From Eledone cirrhosa (taxonomy: Eukaryota): a stretch of 64,000 nucleotides of DNA. The notes beneath the pieces were generated by a model. The model did no database searches, was not told the DNA's origin, and saw nothing but the letters and a program-made list of their open reading frames with translations. Of the stretch, positions 51,610-64,000 are shown piece by piece (within the stretch, counting starts at the first letter, position 1; each line of letters begins with the position of its first letter). The position numbers were made by a program, and so were the translations under genes. Where the stretch lies: contig OZ024742.1 in assembly GCA_964016885.1 (NCBI GenBank), positions 240,126,001-240,190,000 on the forward strand, in the 5' to 3' direction.

Positions 51610-53135
51610 GTAAGAAACATTTGAATTAATTATTGACAGTGATAGTTTCTGTTGCTGTGTGTATCCAGTTTAGAATACACACATCATATATCCCTGCATA
51701 TTGTAGAGACCCCCTTTGGTCACAAGTGACCAGGGGCTTTGCACCTAGAAAGTTCCCTTCCGAAACACAAACCTAGGCAAGGTGTTATTGTGAAAGACCA
51801 GTAGTTGTCCTTGCATACCAGTCTCCCTTCTCCATGCCAGTGTTGTTGTCCAAGGCAAAGGCCAATACAGTTTGACACAAGTGACGTTGCATCTCATTTC
51901 TACAGCTGAGTAAACTAGAGCAATATGAAATAAAATGTCTTGCTCAAAGACACAACACATTTCCTGGACCAGGAAATGAACTCACAACCTGACAATTGTA
52001 AGCCCAACACTTTAACCACTAAGCCATGCACCTTCACAGATTAAATGCACCCGGAAGGGCATCCAACGGTAAAATATTACCTCAAAAATGACCAACTCCT
52101 TAATAAGTCTGAAGCTTGTGATAGGGCCTTCAAGGCTAACTCTTCCTTTAGCAGACAAATGAGCCTTAAATCACTTGCAGTAGGGGTTCACAAAGCAGTG
52201 ATTAATTAACCTGCTAATATATTCTGTCCCAAACTCAGAAGCTCATCAGGCTGTAGCTCATCTTAGTTTCATTGGTATTAACCCTTTCATGACCATATGA
52301 TGATGATGATGATGATGATTTCTAATGAAATAAACTGTTTTTTTTTTTATTTTTTTTTTTTATTAATTAAAACTTTGAAGTTATTTACTAAAATTATTAA
52401 TTATTTCATTATTGATATGGTATTTGTAGCATGACTTAACAAAGGTTTTTCCAACTCATTTAAGCATGGAACAGCAAGCACTAAATGATGATGATGATGA
52501 TATTAATTTAAATAGGCACTCTTTGAAATGAGTATTTCTGTTTCATAAAACCAGCAGTGGTTTGAAGCATGTTGGTAACCAAAAAAATGATATGACATGG
52601 TGAGATCCCAGCTGCTGCTAGTACTCATTTTCAGCTGAGTGGACGGGAGCAACATGAAATGAAGTGTCTTGTTGAAGAATACAAGCTGCCCAGTCCAGGA
52701 ATCAAACCCATGACATTACAATCATGAAAACCAATACCCTAACCTCTCGGCCACACACCTTCAACTTATCACTCATTATCATCATCATTTAATGTCCATT
52801 TCCCCTGCGAGCAAAAGTTGGACGAGATATCATAGATCATGTCAGTCTCTAATCAGAACTCTTTATCTCTCAGACCGACTGAGGGTCGCATCTAACTTAC
52901 ATACATTCCCATACTCTACATAGTATACTGGGTGTATTTTATCATAGCACTAGGGAAGTCATCTTGTCTTTGACACAACTGAACAGTCCTTTCAACCAAA
53001 TATTTAAAAAATAATCTTTAGGCCCCTTAGCAAGTCTTAAATTCTCTGCTGATATCCCCAACAGAAAAGAGGCTAATAATTGTAAGTGAACAGATGTAGT
53101 AAAACCTTGCCCAGTCAGTACCCATGCCTCCTTAA

Positions 53136-53346
53136 CCCTTCAGCATTGACATTTACTATTGTATTTTCACAGTAAAGGCTTTTTCTCACATAATTATCCC
53201 ACATAATATTGAATCTACGAGATTTTGATATTATTTATTTTGAGAATAATTCCTTAACATAAGTATGAGCAACTGGTTATGGCCAGTTTGAACAGAAAGA
53301 AATGAGAGAATTCTGGCTGCATACGGCCGGTTTAAATGCTAATGGG
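53136..53346. mobile_element. TTAA MITE, family 1 (inverted orientation)
   Basis: TTAA flanks; reverse complement of 40299-40498. Confidence 0.8.
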
Positions 53347-53523
53347 TTAATGGTTTGTTCAGAATCCAAGTTCTAGCATTGGTAAATGATAGTTGGTAAG
53401 AAGATTGAGTTGATCAGTTAGGCTTTGGTGTCTATAGTTATGTTTTGGTACTTTGGGGAAGATCTTATTTGAATTTATATTTGATTCACAAACAAATGAC
53501 ATTTTTAATTTTTTTTATTTCAG

Positions 53524-53722
53524 GTAAATCTGAAAATATCAGGAGAAAAACAAAGTTGAAAAATGTTGTACCTGATGACACTGGATTTATTTATCCTGCT
53601 GATATTTGGCATATTTTATCATTGTATATCCATCCTGAAGATGTCTGGCGATTTGCTTCTATATGTAAATATGCAAATACTGCAATCCATACTGTAAGGT
53701 TTTGGCGTCATCTCTATCATAG
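53524..53722 (+). CDS. TMEM183: TMEM183 homologue, exon with F-box-like segment (199 nt, phase 1/2)
   Basis: tttcag acceptor and AG|gtttgt donor. YPADIWHILSLYIHPEDVWRFASICK...FWRHLYHR matches the TMEM183 pattern YPxDIWxLLxxYIRPED...FWxRLYRR. Confidence 0.93.
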
Positions 53723-53990
53723 GTTTGTATTCCTGGTTATCCTCTAACATCTTATAATGATGGAGCAGGAAATGTTCAAAAATTAGTTTGTCAATTCAAA
53801 TGTTTATAATGTCTTTACTAGCAAACAGATTATTGTGAAAATTTATAGTAAATTAAACTAAACACTTCAATGTTTAAATGTGATGCAGTCATTGAGATGT
53901 TATGTACTTTTCAAGAATGTTTTATTAATGAAGTTTCATGCAATACAGGACATTGAGTTAACCTAACTTTTAAATACTAAAATACAACAA

Positions 53991-54268
53991 GCATTTTAAG
54001 GTCATTGTCCCCACTAAAGTAAGAGTTAGCTTTGCAGACTTTTATGGCTATTGTCCCCACTAAAGCATGGGGTTAGCCTTGCAGACTTTTAAGGTCATTG
54101 TCCCCACTACAGCAGGAGTTACTCTTGCAGACCTTTAAGGCCATTGTTCTCACCAAAATCGGGGGTTAGTCTTGCAGACCTTTAAGGTTATTGACCCTGT
54201 AAAGTAGGAGTTAGCTTTGTAGACCTTTATGGTCATTGTCTCCATAAAGTAGGGGTTAGACTTGCAGA
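53991..54268 (+). repeat. 44-45-bp minisatellite, about 6 units, intronic
   Basis: Unit tgcagacttttaaggtcattgtccccactaaagtaggagttagct. Confidence 0.88.
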
Positions 54269-54489
54269 CCCCCATGAGATATTTTTAAAGATGCTTTTAG
54301 AAGCAATGTTTTAAGCTGGATGGTCTTCCTGGTGTCAACCATTTTAGTTTCCTCTTATGACATGCACAGATACAGTGAGATCGTTTTAAACTGGATACAT
54401 TTAACAACTGTAATTTTAAATATATTTATTTTCATCTTCTTTGTCCACTTATTGCTGGGAGGTAGTGGGGGAAGAGTCCTCAAGCTTTC

Positions 54490-54870
54490 CAGCAGGTTCT
54501 GCCAGGAACAACCATATCCAAGTGAGATCAGCGGAGTTCATGGATGATATCCAACCATCTTGCTCTGGGTCTACCCCTGGATGGATTTACCGGTAAAATC
54601 TGTCCAGTAATTCTTTCAGACATTCTGTAGTATCAGAGCTGTGATTTCTCAATTCTATGAAGTAGTGACTCTTTGATCTCCAAGCTATGCATTTTTTCGA
54701 GTAACATTACTCCAAAGACCCTTCAAAGGAACCCCATTTTTGCAATCGTATTCTTTCATTCATTACCCAAGATTCAGGACCATAGGTAAGGTGTTGGCAT
54801 GAATACTGAATTCAAGATAGCAAGTTTGGCTTTTACACCTACCTCCCTTCTGATGACCGAATGCTGCAAT
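54490..54870 (-). mobile_element. Old RTE-type LINE C-terminal fragment of another family
   Basis: Minus-strand LTYGPESWVMNERIR and RGRPRARWLD. Confidence 0.6.
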
Positions 54871-56314
54871 ATGGCTGGAAACAATAAATATATTTGTTTC
54901 TAAAGAATTGTCTAGGGGCTGGGGCATAATACAGTTTAGTGCCACAATACCTGGCTTTTGTTCCCTTTTTTAATGTATATTTCATTTAGGTGCATGGCCT
55001 CGGGATTAGTATTGAACTCAGTTTGATTTCTAAACCTGGTAGTACATTGTATTCTTGAGCAAGGTGCTTTATTTCACATCATGAAAGACTGGGCGCCTTT
55101 CATTAAACCACATGAGAAATCTCATTATATATATATGTGTGTGTGTGTATCATCTTAATCATCGTTTTTACATCCGATGATGATGATATAAATATAGTTT
55201 ATTGGTAAATTCATTAAGGTATCGACAAGTATGATGAGCTATCAATTCCAGATTCGGGCCCAATCAATCCTGCCGAGGTTAGTTTTGTCTTTCATCATTA
55301 CGAGGTTGATAAAATAAAGCACCAGTAATGCACTGGGTCGATTTAATCGACTTTCCCCTCCCCTAAAATTGTTGGCCTAAATAAGAAATCATTATTATTA
55401 TTAGATATATCCTTTCATTCTTACGGGGTCGATAAAATAAAGTACCAGCAATACACTGGAATAATTGCTGGCCTTGTGCCAAAAGTATAGATATATCTGT
55501 ATAAATAAATTGCTACTGGAAAAAATCCTAAGCTACTCAAGGGAAGTAACTTTTCATAGTTGCATGTAAAGTACCTTGTAACCCATGTATCCATCATGCA
55601 ACAACAAATACCTTTTTTTATTAAGCTATAAGATTCCCTTTCTTCAACTCTCCCAGTAGAGATTCAGTGATAACTAGAAAACTAAGGTACAAAGTTTAAC
55701 AAAGACCTGAAACACCAAATTCACCACTTAAATTTCTCTGTTTAAATTTCATATATGCATTGGTCCTTAACTTCTGATGGAGTCGAAGGTGGGAATGCCA
55801 GATTGATACATGGCATAGCTTGTGTTTTAAGCCTGATGGAGCCCATCCCTCTCCAGTTTTGAACACAGCTGATTTCTTTTATAGAAAGTCCAAAATATAG
55901 GATTGGTATTTTATTCATCAACTTCAAAGTAATGAATCGCAAAGTTAACCTCCGTGGGATTTGAACTTAGAATGTAGAAAGCCGAATACCATGAAGCAGT
56001 CTATCAGACATTCTAATGACTCTGCCAATTTACTGCCTTACTCAACAATATAGGTGTATAGTAAAGTACCCCTAGAGATGGAAAAAGTGAACAGAGATAC
56101 CTCCTATCCACTTTTTTTTGCATCTCCGGGAGTACTTTACCTGATATATTCAACTAATATGTATATAGTTACCAACTACTATTATACTTACCTGCATTGT
56201 AGTGGCTATGTTTTACAATTTCCCAATGTTTCCTGAATCAACCAATTTTATTTATTCATATATTTCCCCGTATTGTGTATTGTTTTGACCTGACATGTTT
56301 ATGTATAATCTGTT

Positions 56315-56346
<32 letters not shown>

Positions 56347-56571
56347 CCCCCCCCTCTCTCATGAAGTAGACATCTTTTTTTAACTTCCTATTTTCCATGT
56401 TTGCACAGTTGGACGAAATCGTTTTTTAGCTTTTTTTTTTTTTTTTTCACAGCTGGATAAACATTTGTAACTAGGTTCCTGCAATTTCTTTTTTTTTTTT
56501 TTCTTCTTTTTTTTTAATTAACACTCCCGAAAATTTATATTACTACTGTATATGTGAGTTTTATATCGAAT

Positions 56572-56765
56572 AATAATTGTTTATACTTTTGGCACAAGGC
56601 CAGTAATTATCCCAGTGCAGTACTGGTACTTTATTTTATCGACCACGTAAGGATGAAAGGCAAAGTTAACCTTGGCGGGATTTGAACTCAGAATGGCAAG
56701 GGCCGTAACTCTATGCTGGAAAACATGGTGTCCTACCCTCTGTCGATACTGCCAATCCACCGCTC
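56572..56765 (-). mobile_element. Family-B SINE with ~18-bp target-site duplication
   Basis: tttatatcgaataataat on both sides. Confidence 0.9.
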
Positions 56766-57569
56766 CTTTATATCGAATAATAATAATATTTGATTCGCTT
56801 ACAAGCAAACAGCCTCATTTTTTAGACAACCATTGTCATCCTTTTGTTCTAGCGGTGGCACATAGAAACAATCAATGTGTCAGGGTTATTGCCTTTCGTC
56901 AAGATTGCGTATCTCTTTTTCTGTCACTCACTGGAACTCTTGAGAATATATAGTATTCTCTAAAGTATAGCTGATGCTTATTAGCCTAATTTTCATACCA
57001 AGTGATTTTACGGCTGGCTTTGCTGAAAATTAAAAGCAAAATTAGAATTTGGTTTTTCACCCTAACATAGCGGATATATAAATGTATTTGTGAGTTTTAT
57101 ATCGAATAATAATAATAATCGATTTGTTTGCAAGCAAACAGCCTCATTATGTTAGAGCAAAAAAACAAATTCTAATTTTGTTTTTATATCACTACTATTT
57201 TTCTATATATTTTATTTTATTTAAAATCTTAAAATGTAGTTACCACAATGCAGATAACTATAATAATAATTGAATAAAGTATGCCGAGAGATGGAAAAAG
57301 AGGACACTTGACTACTTGTTTTCCATCTTCAGGGCTACAATATTTGAATAAATCAAATAAAATACCTCCAGGGGTGGAAAAAGTGGACAGAGATGACCTC
57401 TGTCCACTTTATTTCTATCTCCAGGGGTACTTTACCCAATTTATTCAACTCATATTTATATAGTTATCAACTATTATTATAGTTATTTGCATTTTGGGAA
57501 CTATATTTTCAAATTTCAAATTATCCTGTTTCCTAAGTCAACCAATTTTATTTTTTATTTTTATTCCAG

Positions 57570-58155
57570 ACATTGTTATGACCTGACTCTGCTTCCAAGG
57601 AATCTGATGCCTTTTAATTTGGAATGTATCCATGGACTCCGTGCTCGAGTTATACGATCTCTTCATCATGTATATCCACCTCTCTTGAACAAGACCATCA
57701 AGTTTTCTGTAGATGATATTCCAAACCAACTTGAGGGGCAACGGTGCATTCTTTTCTGGCAAACTCAAATGGCTGACAATCAAAGCTGGAATTTCTACTT
57801 TAAGTTCAAAAGAGACTCGACTTTTTCAAACAAATTAAGTCATTCCAATAAACATAACGATCTCTTGAATGGCTATAATGACATGTTTCATAACCCAGAA
57901 AAAGACTGTACAGTTCTTTTGGTGACTTGTAAGAACTATTCTTTTGTTCCTGTTGTTATGGGTTACATGCTAAACAAACTAACTGTGGCAGTCAGCCAGA
58001 CAATGCGCTATCATAGGATGAAACTTTATTTCAATACCCGTTTCTGTAGTAACATCAATTCTTCAGGTGGTCCTGGAGAAGAAATGATTGTCTTAGATCC
58101 TGTGATGAGCTGGCAGTGTATGGGGTGGTGGCATCGTAATTATCCCAGTGTGTGA
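57570..58155 (+). CDS. TMEM183: TMEM183 homologue, terminal coding exon (586 nt, ends TGA)
   Basis: ttccag acceptor joins in phase 2. Motifs LRARVIRSL, CILFW, WNFYFKFK, NPEKDCTVL, MRYHRMKL, VLDPV..WWHRNYP match the TMEM183 C-terminal half. Confidence 0.95.
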
Positions 58156-58892
58156 AATCTATTTTATTGACCAGGAATGCATATTTAATTTTAAGAAGAT
58201 TATAGACTAAAAATATTGTTGTGGAACTTTAGAATCTATTATTTATTTTTTTTTTTATGATGGTCTGCCTCAGTGAATACAAACAGTTCACAAACTGGTG
58301 TAAGTTAGTTTATTGTAATGAAGAGGAGGAGTATGGCATTTTGGGAAGGCCCTTCATCAGAAGAGTAAGGAATTACTGCCAACAGCATATTAGATATATA
58401 TAGTAAAATGGACATAAACAAGATGATGATGGTGATAACAGTCATGTATGTACTGGAGAGGAACAAGGAAAGAATTGGTTGTTATTGTTTGATGAAGTCA
58501 TTAAAGCACTGGAAAAAATACCTCATGTTCTGAGTTCAAATCCTGTTGAGGCCAACTTTGCTTTTCATCATTCTTGGAGTGAGGCTCTATAAAATAAAGT
58601 ACCACTCCAGTCATGGTGAGGGAGTTCGATATGATAAACTTTCCTCTACCTCCCCTCTAAATTACTGGTCTTGTATCTAAACTAGAAACCATTATTGTCA
58701 TATACACTTGGTACCAACAGCAGTAGCAACCAATTCCCGCCTTCCTTTTTTTATCTAAGTATAGGTGATAGTACTTTACTCACTCATCTGATGAAGAGCC
58801 CTGCCTGATATGTCAGACCTATCATTTTCCTCTCTTCTCAACTGTTTCTGTCAATATTATTGTCAGTACAAGAAACACTAACACAGAATTAA

Positions 58893-59090
58893 CCCTTCCA
58901 TTACCACATTTAAAATGAAAGGCACTGCCTATGATTTACTTAAATAACTAACATTCTAGCCATTAAGTTGGTATTTGGAACATAAATTAACAAAAGCTCT
59001 TAGAATTATAATGGGAGGCTTTTAGATAAATATAAACAGTTTACTATCATAAAACCAAGGGAGGTTTCAGGTAGTTTGGTATCAAAAGAG
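58893..59090. mobile_element. TTAA MITE, family 2
   Basis: TTAA|cccttccattacca...tggtatcaaaagag|TTAA. The shared body recurs in decayed form, e.g. 11585-11860, 15106-15314, 16125-16907, 30540-30782. Confidence 0.7.
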
Positions 59091-60319
59091 TTAAAAGTTT
59101 CTTTAGTTGTTGACAGCTTACTATTCTGAATCAATCAAACCATATAAGAACTTAAAAGAACATAACTAATAAATGCAAGATGTAATGGGTTGAGAATGAA
59201 TAATGTTAGTAATAATAATACATACACACAGAAGAACATTATTACTAGGTACTCACACATATTACGAAAAGTACTTTCAATAAAATGGAAAGAGCCACAC
59301 CAGAAACAACACAGGGCTGTGCTCAGTAATGCAGGGACAACAGACAATAGAAATAATACTACAAATAATATCAATGACAACATTAACAATGTTAATATTA
59401 TTAAGTAAAATGATTCCCGTATATTTTCAAATAAATATGAGTTTCGTCGGTATTACCAAATGAACTTCAACTTTCAGTGCCATCTTAGGCTTAAATTATT
59501 AATATTATTAATCCATCATCAAGGGCAATGGTTTGCCAGTAATCGGTAGAGCGTCGGACAGCATACTTTTTGGCACAGAATGGCATCCACTTACATTCTG
59601 AGTTCAAATCCTACTCAGGTTAGCTTTGCCTTTTGTCCTTATGGGAGAATGAAATAAAGTACCAATAATTTAACTAGGGTCAATTTAATCGACCTTTGCC
59701 CTCCCAAAAAATTGTTGACCGTGTGCCTAAATCAGAAACCATTGATCCATCAGCTGTGTCTGAGGTGATACTGAACAAAACTCTAACTTAATTCACCTCA
59801 CAGTGGAATTTTTAGCTTGATAGATGTTTTTTTCTTTATAAGTACAAAATACTTGGAAGTCAAATGCATTGTAAAAGCATTTTATTAAGCAATTTAGTCT
59901 AGGAGCAGAGGATTAGAAGAATTTTTAACTCTTGGATGAGATCTCAAAATGGATGAAAACGAGATGTGGCTCTGATCATTTGACCTGGTCTGTGAAGAAC
60001 CATTCAACTGACCATTGCTAGCAAGAAAAATAGATGTGAAATGATGGAAAAACAACAACGGAAGCATGGTTTATTTGGTCTGACCTGACAGTCAACTCTT
60101 TTCTTTCCTAAAAAAACATTTGTGTGTGTGTATATATATATAGTAATTTGTGTACATAAAGACATTAACTGAAAAATCACTTAGTATTTATAAGCAGGAG
60201 ATGGAATAAGTTTTTACTTCGAAAAGGTTGACAGTGACTTTAAATTTGGAAAGATGATCACAAGTGAAACTTCAAAGTCACTGTCAACTTTTTCCTTGTA
60301 AATATGTGTGTGTGAAATC

Positions 60320-60735
60320 TTTTCTGATCCCAGAAGACACCATAGAAGTGGTACCAATAGCATAGTTACTAGAATAAGAACAGGATGGAAAAAGTTTATG
60401 GAGCTACTACCTCTGTCAACGACAATAGATTTCTCTCTATGAATGAAAGGCTGACTGTGATGTAGAAGTGAGACATTGGTGGTAAAGGTAGAGGATATGC
60501 AAAGGCTGGAGTAAAGCGAGCATGCTTTGATGGATGTGCAATATTAACATGCATGAACAATGAAGTATAGATGTACTGAGAAAAATATTAAGTATAAGAA
60601 GTGGTGAGAGCTGATCCCAAGCTGGTGAAGCTCAGAGGAGGTCATGAAGGACTGCAACAAATAGAAGGATGCTATGCAGAAAAAGAAACATTCAGCATGT
60701 GCAGTCGTGGAAAAACAGATGTAAAATGATGATGA
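60320..60735 (+). mobile_element. Degenerate RTE LINE 3' fragment
   Basis: RIRTGWKKFMELLPL motif and (GAT)n tail. Confidence 0.78.
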
Positions 60736-60902
60736 TATATATGGCTTGTCTGAAAGATAAGCAACACTAGCATATATATATTGTCTATCACTAGACTAGG
60801 TTTTGAAACCTTAGGAAGCAGACAGCAGTGTTGAGAAATTATTTATAATATATATATCATACAGAAGGTTATTTGTCGCTAATGCTAGTAAAGCTTTCTT
60901 AT

Positions 60903-61096
60903 AATAATAATTGTTTCTACTTTTGGCACAAGGCCAGCAATTACCCAGTGTATTGCTGGTACTTTATTTTATCGACCCCCATAAGGATGAAAGGCAAAGT
61001 TAACCTCGGCTGGATTTGAACTCAGAATGGCAAGGGCCGCAACTCTATGCGTCAAAGCATGGCGTCCGACCCTCTACCGATACTGCAATCCACCGC
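60903..61096 (-). mobile_element. Family-B SINE with target-site duplication
   Basis: ctttcttataataataat on both sides. Confidence 0.9.
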
Positions 61097-61293
61097 TTTC
61101 TTATAATAATAATAATAGGATAAAAATGAAATTATTGTGTACAGTGCTCAGGTGCACTACAACTCATCAAAGGTGCATGCATAGTACATAGAATAACGTA
61201 CAAATGTCAGGAAAGTGAACAGTGTATGAGTCATATTATGTGGTTTTACTAGGAATCTACCTGTCGGTAACTTTGCATAAATTATTCTATATA

Positions 61294-61637
61294 CAGTGTA
61301 GCCCGGCATTCACAGTACCAGTTATTCACAGAATTTTCCTTAGAATCTAACTAATAATTGTTCATGGAAACCACTGCATATTCGTGGAATATCTTCTGCG
61401 ATTTTTTTCATGGCAATACATATTTTTTTTAACGCTAAATTATTTATAATATACTGTGTTTGCTGGCCTATTGGACGCCCCTTCGCAAAAGACGTTCCCT
61501 CTTTTTTTTTTTTTTATATTTTACATTATATTTTGACGTTTATAGGCATTTTTATGGTCTACATCCAATATTCGCGGTTTTTCACTCTTCGTGGGTTCTC
61601 TAGGAACGTAACCCCCGCAAATACCGAGGGACAACTG
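61294..61637. mobile_element. Tigger/pogo-like MITE
   Basis: TA|cagtgtagcccggcatt at one end and ccccgcaaataccgagggacaactg at the other, like MER2/Tigger termini. Confidence 0.65.
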
Positions 61638-61654
61638 TTTATATATATATTTAT

Positions 61655-62035
61655 GGAGGCACATGGCTTAGTGGTTAGAGCATTGCAATCGAAAGGTTGT
61701 GAGTTCAATTCTCAGACCGGGTGATGTGTTGTTTCCTTGAGCAAGACACTTTATTTCACATTGCTCCAGTTCACTCAGCTGTAGAAATGAGATGATAGGA
61801 CTGGGTTCCCTATCATTCCACTGCAGAGTGATTGTGGAGGTGCCACGGCAAAAAAAAAAAAGCACCCAGCCCACACTGTAAAGTGGACGTGTAGGCGCCA
61901 CGGAAAAAAAACACCCAGCACTCACTGTAAATGAGGTTGGTGTTAGGAAGGGCATCCAGCTGTAGAAATCAAGCCAGAATCAGTTCCCGTCCCACCCTTG
62001 CAAGCAGGGAAAAGCGGACGTAAGATGATGATGAT
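61655..62035 (+). mobile_element. Family-A SINE with two 48-bp units
   Basis: Matches family A; (TA)n flanks. Confidence 0.92.
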
Positions 62036-62888
62036 ATATATAAATGTAGATTAAAATAAAAATTATTCGAATCATATTATACTATAAATCAGCTCAAATA
62101 TGAATTATATTGGCTAAAATCTATACTTTGCAGAGCATTAATTATATTTAAGTATAATATGAAGAATATTAGTATACTATCTATATTAAGAACATAGCAA
62201 GCAAAAAAATATGTTTAACAAAAATGTAATTTTACCTACATTTTGCTCAGGCTATAATTTCATCTTGGTCTATAAATTAGGCTTACATAGTTAATTAACT
62301 AATTAAAACTCACATGACTCATATATAATAATAATAATAATAATAATATTGTGTAAAGTGCTCAGGTGCACTACAACTCGTCAAAGGTGCATGTATAAAA
62401 TGTAAGTGAGATATGGCTCCTGGCCTGTCTGAGATGACAGGCAGTAGCTCAGATTAAATACTGACTTGGTCTGTGATGAACCTGTCCCACAACATGAAAC
62501 ATGGACATTGCACAATGATGGTAATATTTTATCATACATAAATCTATACAAAAAACAAGGGTGATTAGTCAGAATCATTAGAGTTTGGATATGTGTTTCT
62601 GAGTTCAAATCCCACCAAGGTCCACTTTACCTTTCATTCTTTCAGGTTCGATAAAGAAAGTACTAGTGAAACCCTATTTCTTTCCATCTGTCACATCCTG
62701 GATGTTCCGCTGGATCAAAGGAGGTAGCATTGTGGTTGGTGTTAGGAAGGTAATCCAGCCGTAGAAAACCAGCCAGACACAGGCACATGAGCGAGACACA
62801 GGCACCCGACCCAACTTGTTTCTAAATGGGACAAACCCGTCTAACCCATGCTTGTGTGGAAGATAGACATTAAACAATGATGATGATG

Positions 62889-62919
<31 letters not shown>

Positions 62920-63390
62920 TGTGTGTGTATATATATATATATATATATACTTGTATGTGTGTGTGTATATATAATATATGTGGTTATAGTGTAGTACTTC
63001 ACTATTTTCTGTCTCTCTGTAGTAAAATCTGAACAATTAAGATATCAGCCATTAGAATATCCTGTTAAGGGTGGTTCAGGTAGCAGAGCATTTAAAATTC
63101 AAAACTGTAAGAAAGTCAAGAATAAGAAATTATGATTTATTCATACATGTATGAATAAATGATAATTTCTGATTCTTGGCTTTCTTACTTCTGCAAATTG
63201 AGTGCAGCACTTGCACATCCAGGTGCAGGATGCACAAAGAAACCATGTGTCATTGTTCCGGAGCGTAATTTTATGGTGTTCCCACATAACACCATTTTTA
63301 CTACTAACCAACTCATTGTGTGTGCTCTGATATATAAACTCTATTGAATCATGGAGCAAGTGGAAAATTCAGCAGGCTAGCACACATTCA

Positions 63391-63505
<115 letters not shown>

Positions 63506-63831
63506 GAGGCACATGGCTTAGTGGTTAGAGCATTGGCCTTGCAATCGAAAGGTTGTGAGTTCAATTCTCAGACCGGGAGATGTGTTGTTTCCTTGAGCAA
63601 GACACTTTATTTCACATTGCTCCAGTTTACTCAGCTGTAGAAATGAGATGATAGGACTGGGGTCCATATTCTACTGCAAAGTGGTCGTGGAGGTGCCACT
63701 GCAAAAAGGCACCCAGCACTCACTGTAAATGAGGTTGGTGTTAGGAAGGGCGTCCAGCTGTAGAAATCAAGCCAGAATCAGTTCCCGTCCCACTCTTGCA
63801 AGCAGGGAAAAAAGAACAAAATGATGATGAT
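63506..63831 (+). mobile_element. Family-A SINE
   Basis: Matches family A; (TA)n flanks. Confidence 0.92.
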
Positions 63832-63928
63832 ATATAACAGAGAAAGTGCGGTAAGATAGCAGGTGCACCATAACGCACCAGAGTACTCAATACTTGGAGT
63901 AGTAGAGTGGGTAATACGAAAAGAATCT

Positions 63929-63991
63929 GGACCCCGACGGCTGAACTCCGGCCGTTTCGACAACTAGATCCGAGCTCAGCCATCAGGGTCC
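63929..63991 (-). ncRNA. Degenerate hammerhead-like motif in a Penelope-type repeat (runs to window edge)
   Basis: Minus strand ggacc-CTGATGG...CGAAACGGC-loop-GCCGTC-ggggtcc. A9 is altered and stem II is imperfect. Confidence 0.45.
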
Positions 63992-64000
63992 TGATTGTTT

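Noticed and set aside
58345-58810. Two CTGATGA motifs (about 58350 on -, 58788 on +) as hammerheads
   Set aside because: No properly placed GAAA or pairing stems follow either motif.

Overview
AT-rich, repeat-dense eukaryotic (animal) genomic DNA. The SINE/LINE content suggests an octopod cephalopod; this is an inference. One host gene is well supported: a TMEM183 homologue on the + strand with four phase-consistent coding exons (47335-47406, 51448-51609, 53524-53722, 57570-58155). Its first coding exon was not found. Nearly everything else is transposon debris. LINE-type elements: two RTE-clade LINE subfamilies with a PHD-like finger, Dong/R4, CR1, two CRE-clade 3' fragments and a Penelope-like RT/GIY-YIG fragment. 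DNA elements: a Helitron Rep relic with related non-autonomous copies, a mariner relic, Tigger-like and TTAA-flanked MITEs. There are also at least three tRNA-headed SINE families. The most notable signals are: (1) several short hammerhead-ribozyme-like motifs sitting in (TA)n tracts; (2) a young SINE whose tail appears stitched from two different RTE LINEs, both present in the window; (3) a possible 6-kb nested Helitron; (4) a minisatellite built from LINE coding sequence; (5) fold-back structures in the last TMEM183 intron. No prokaryotic genes or CRISPR arrays. All family assignments come from motif recognition by eye; no database searches were run.
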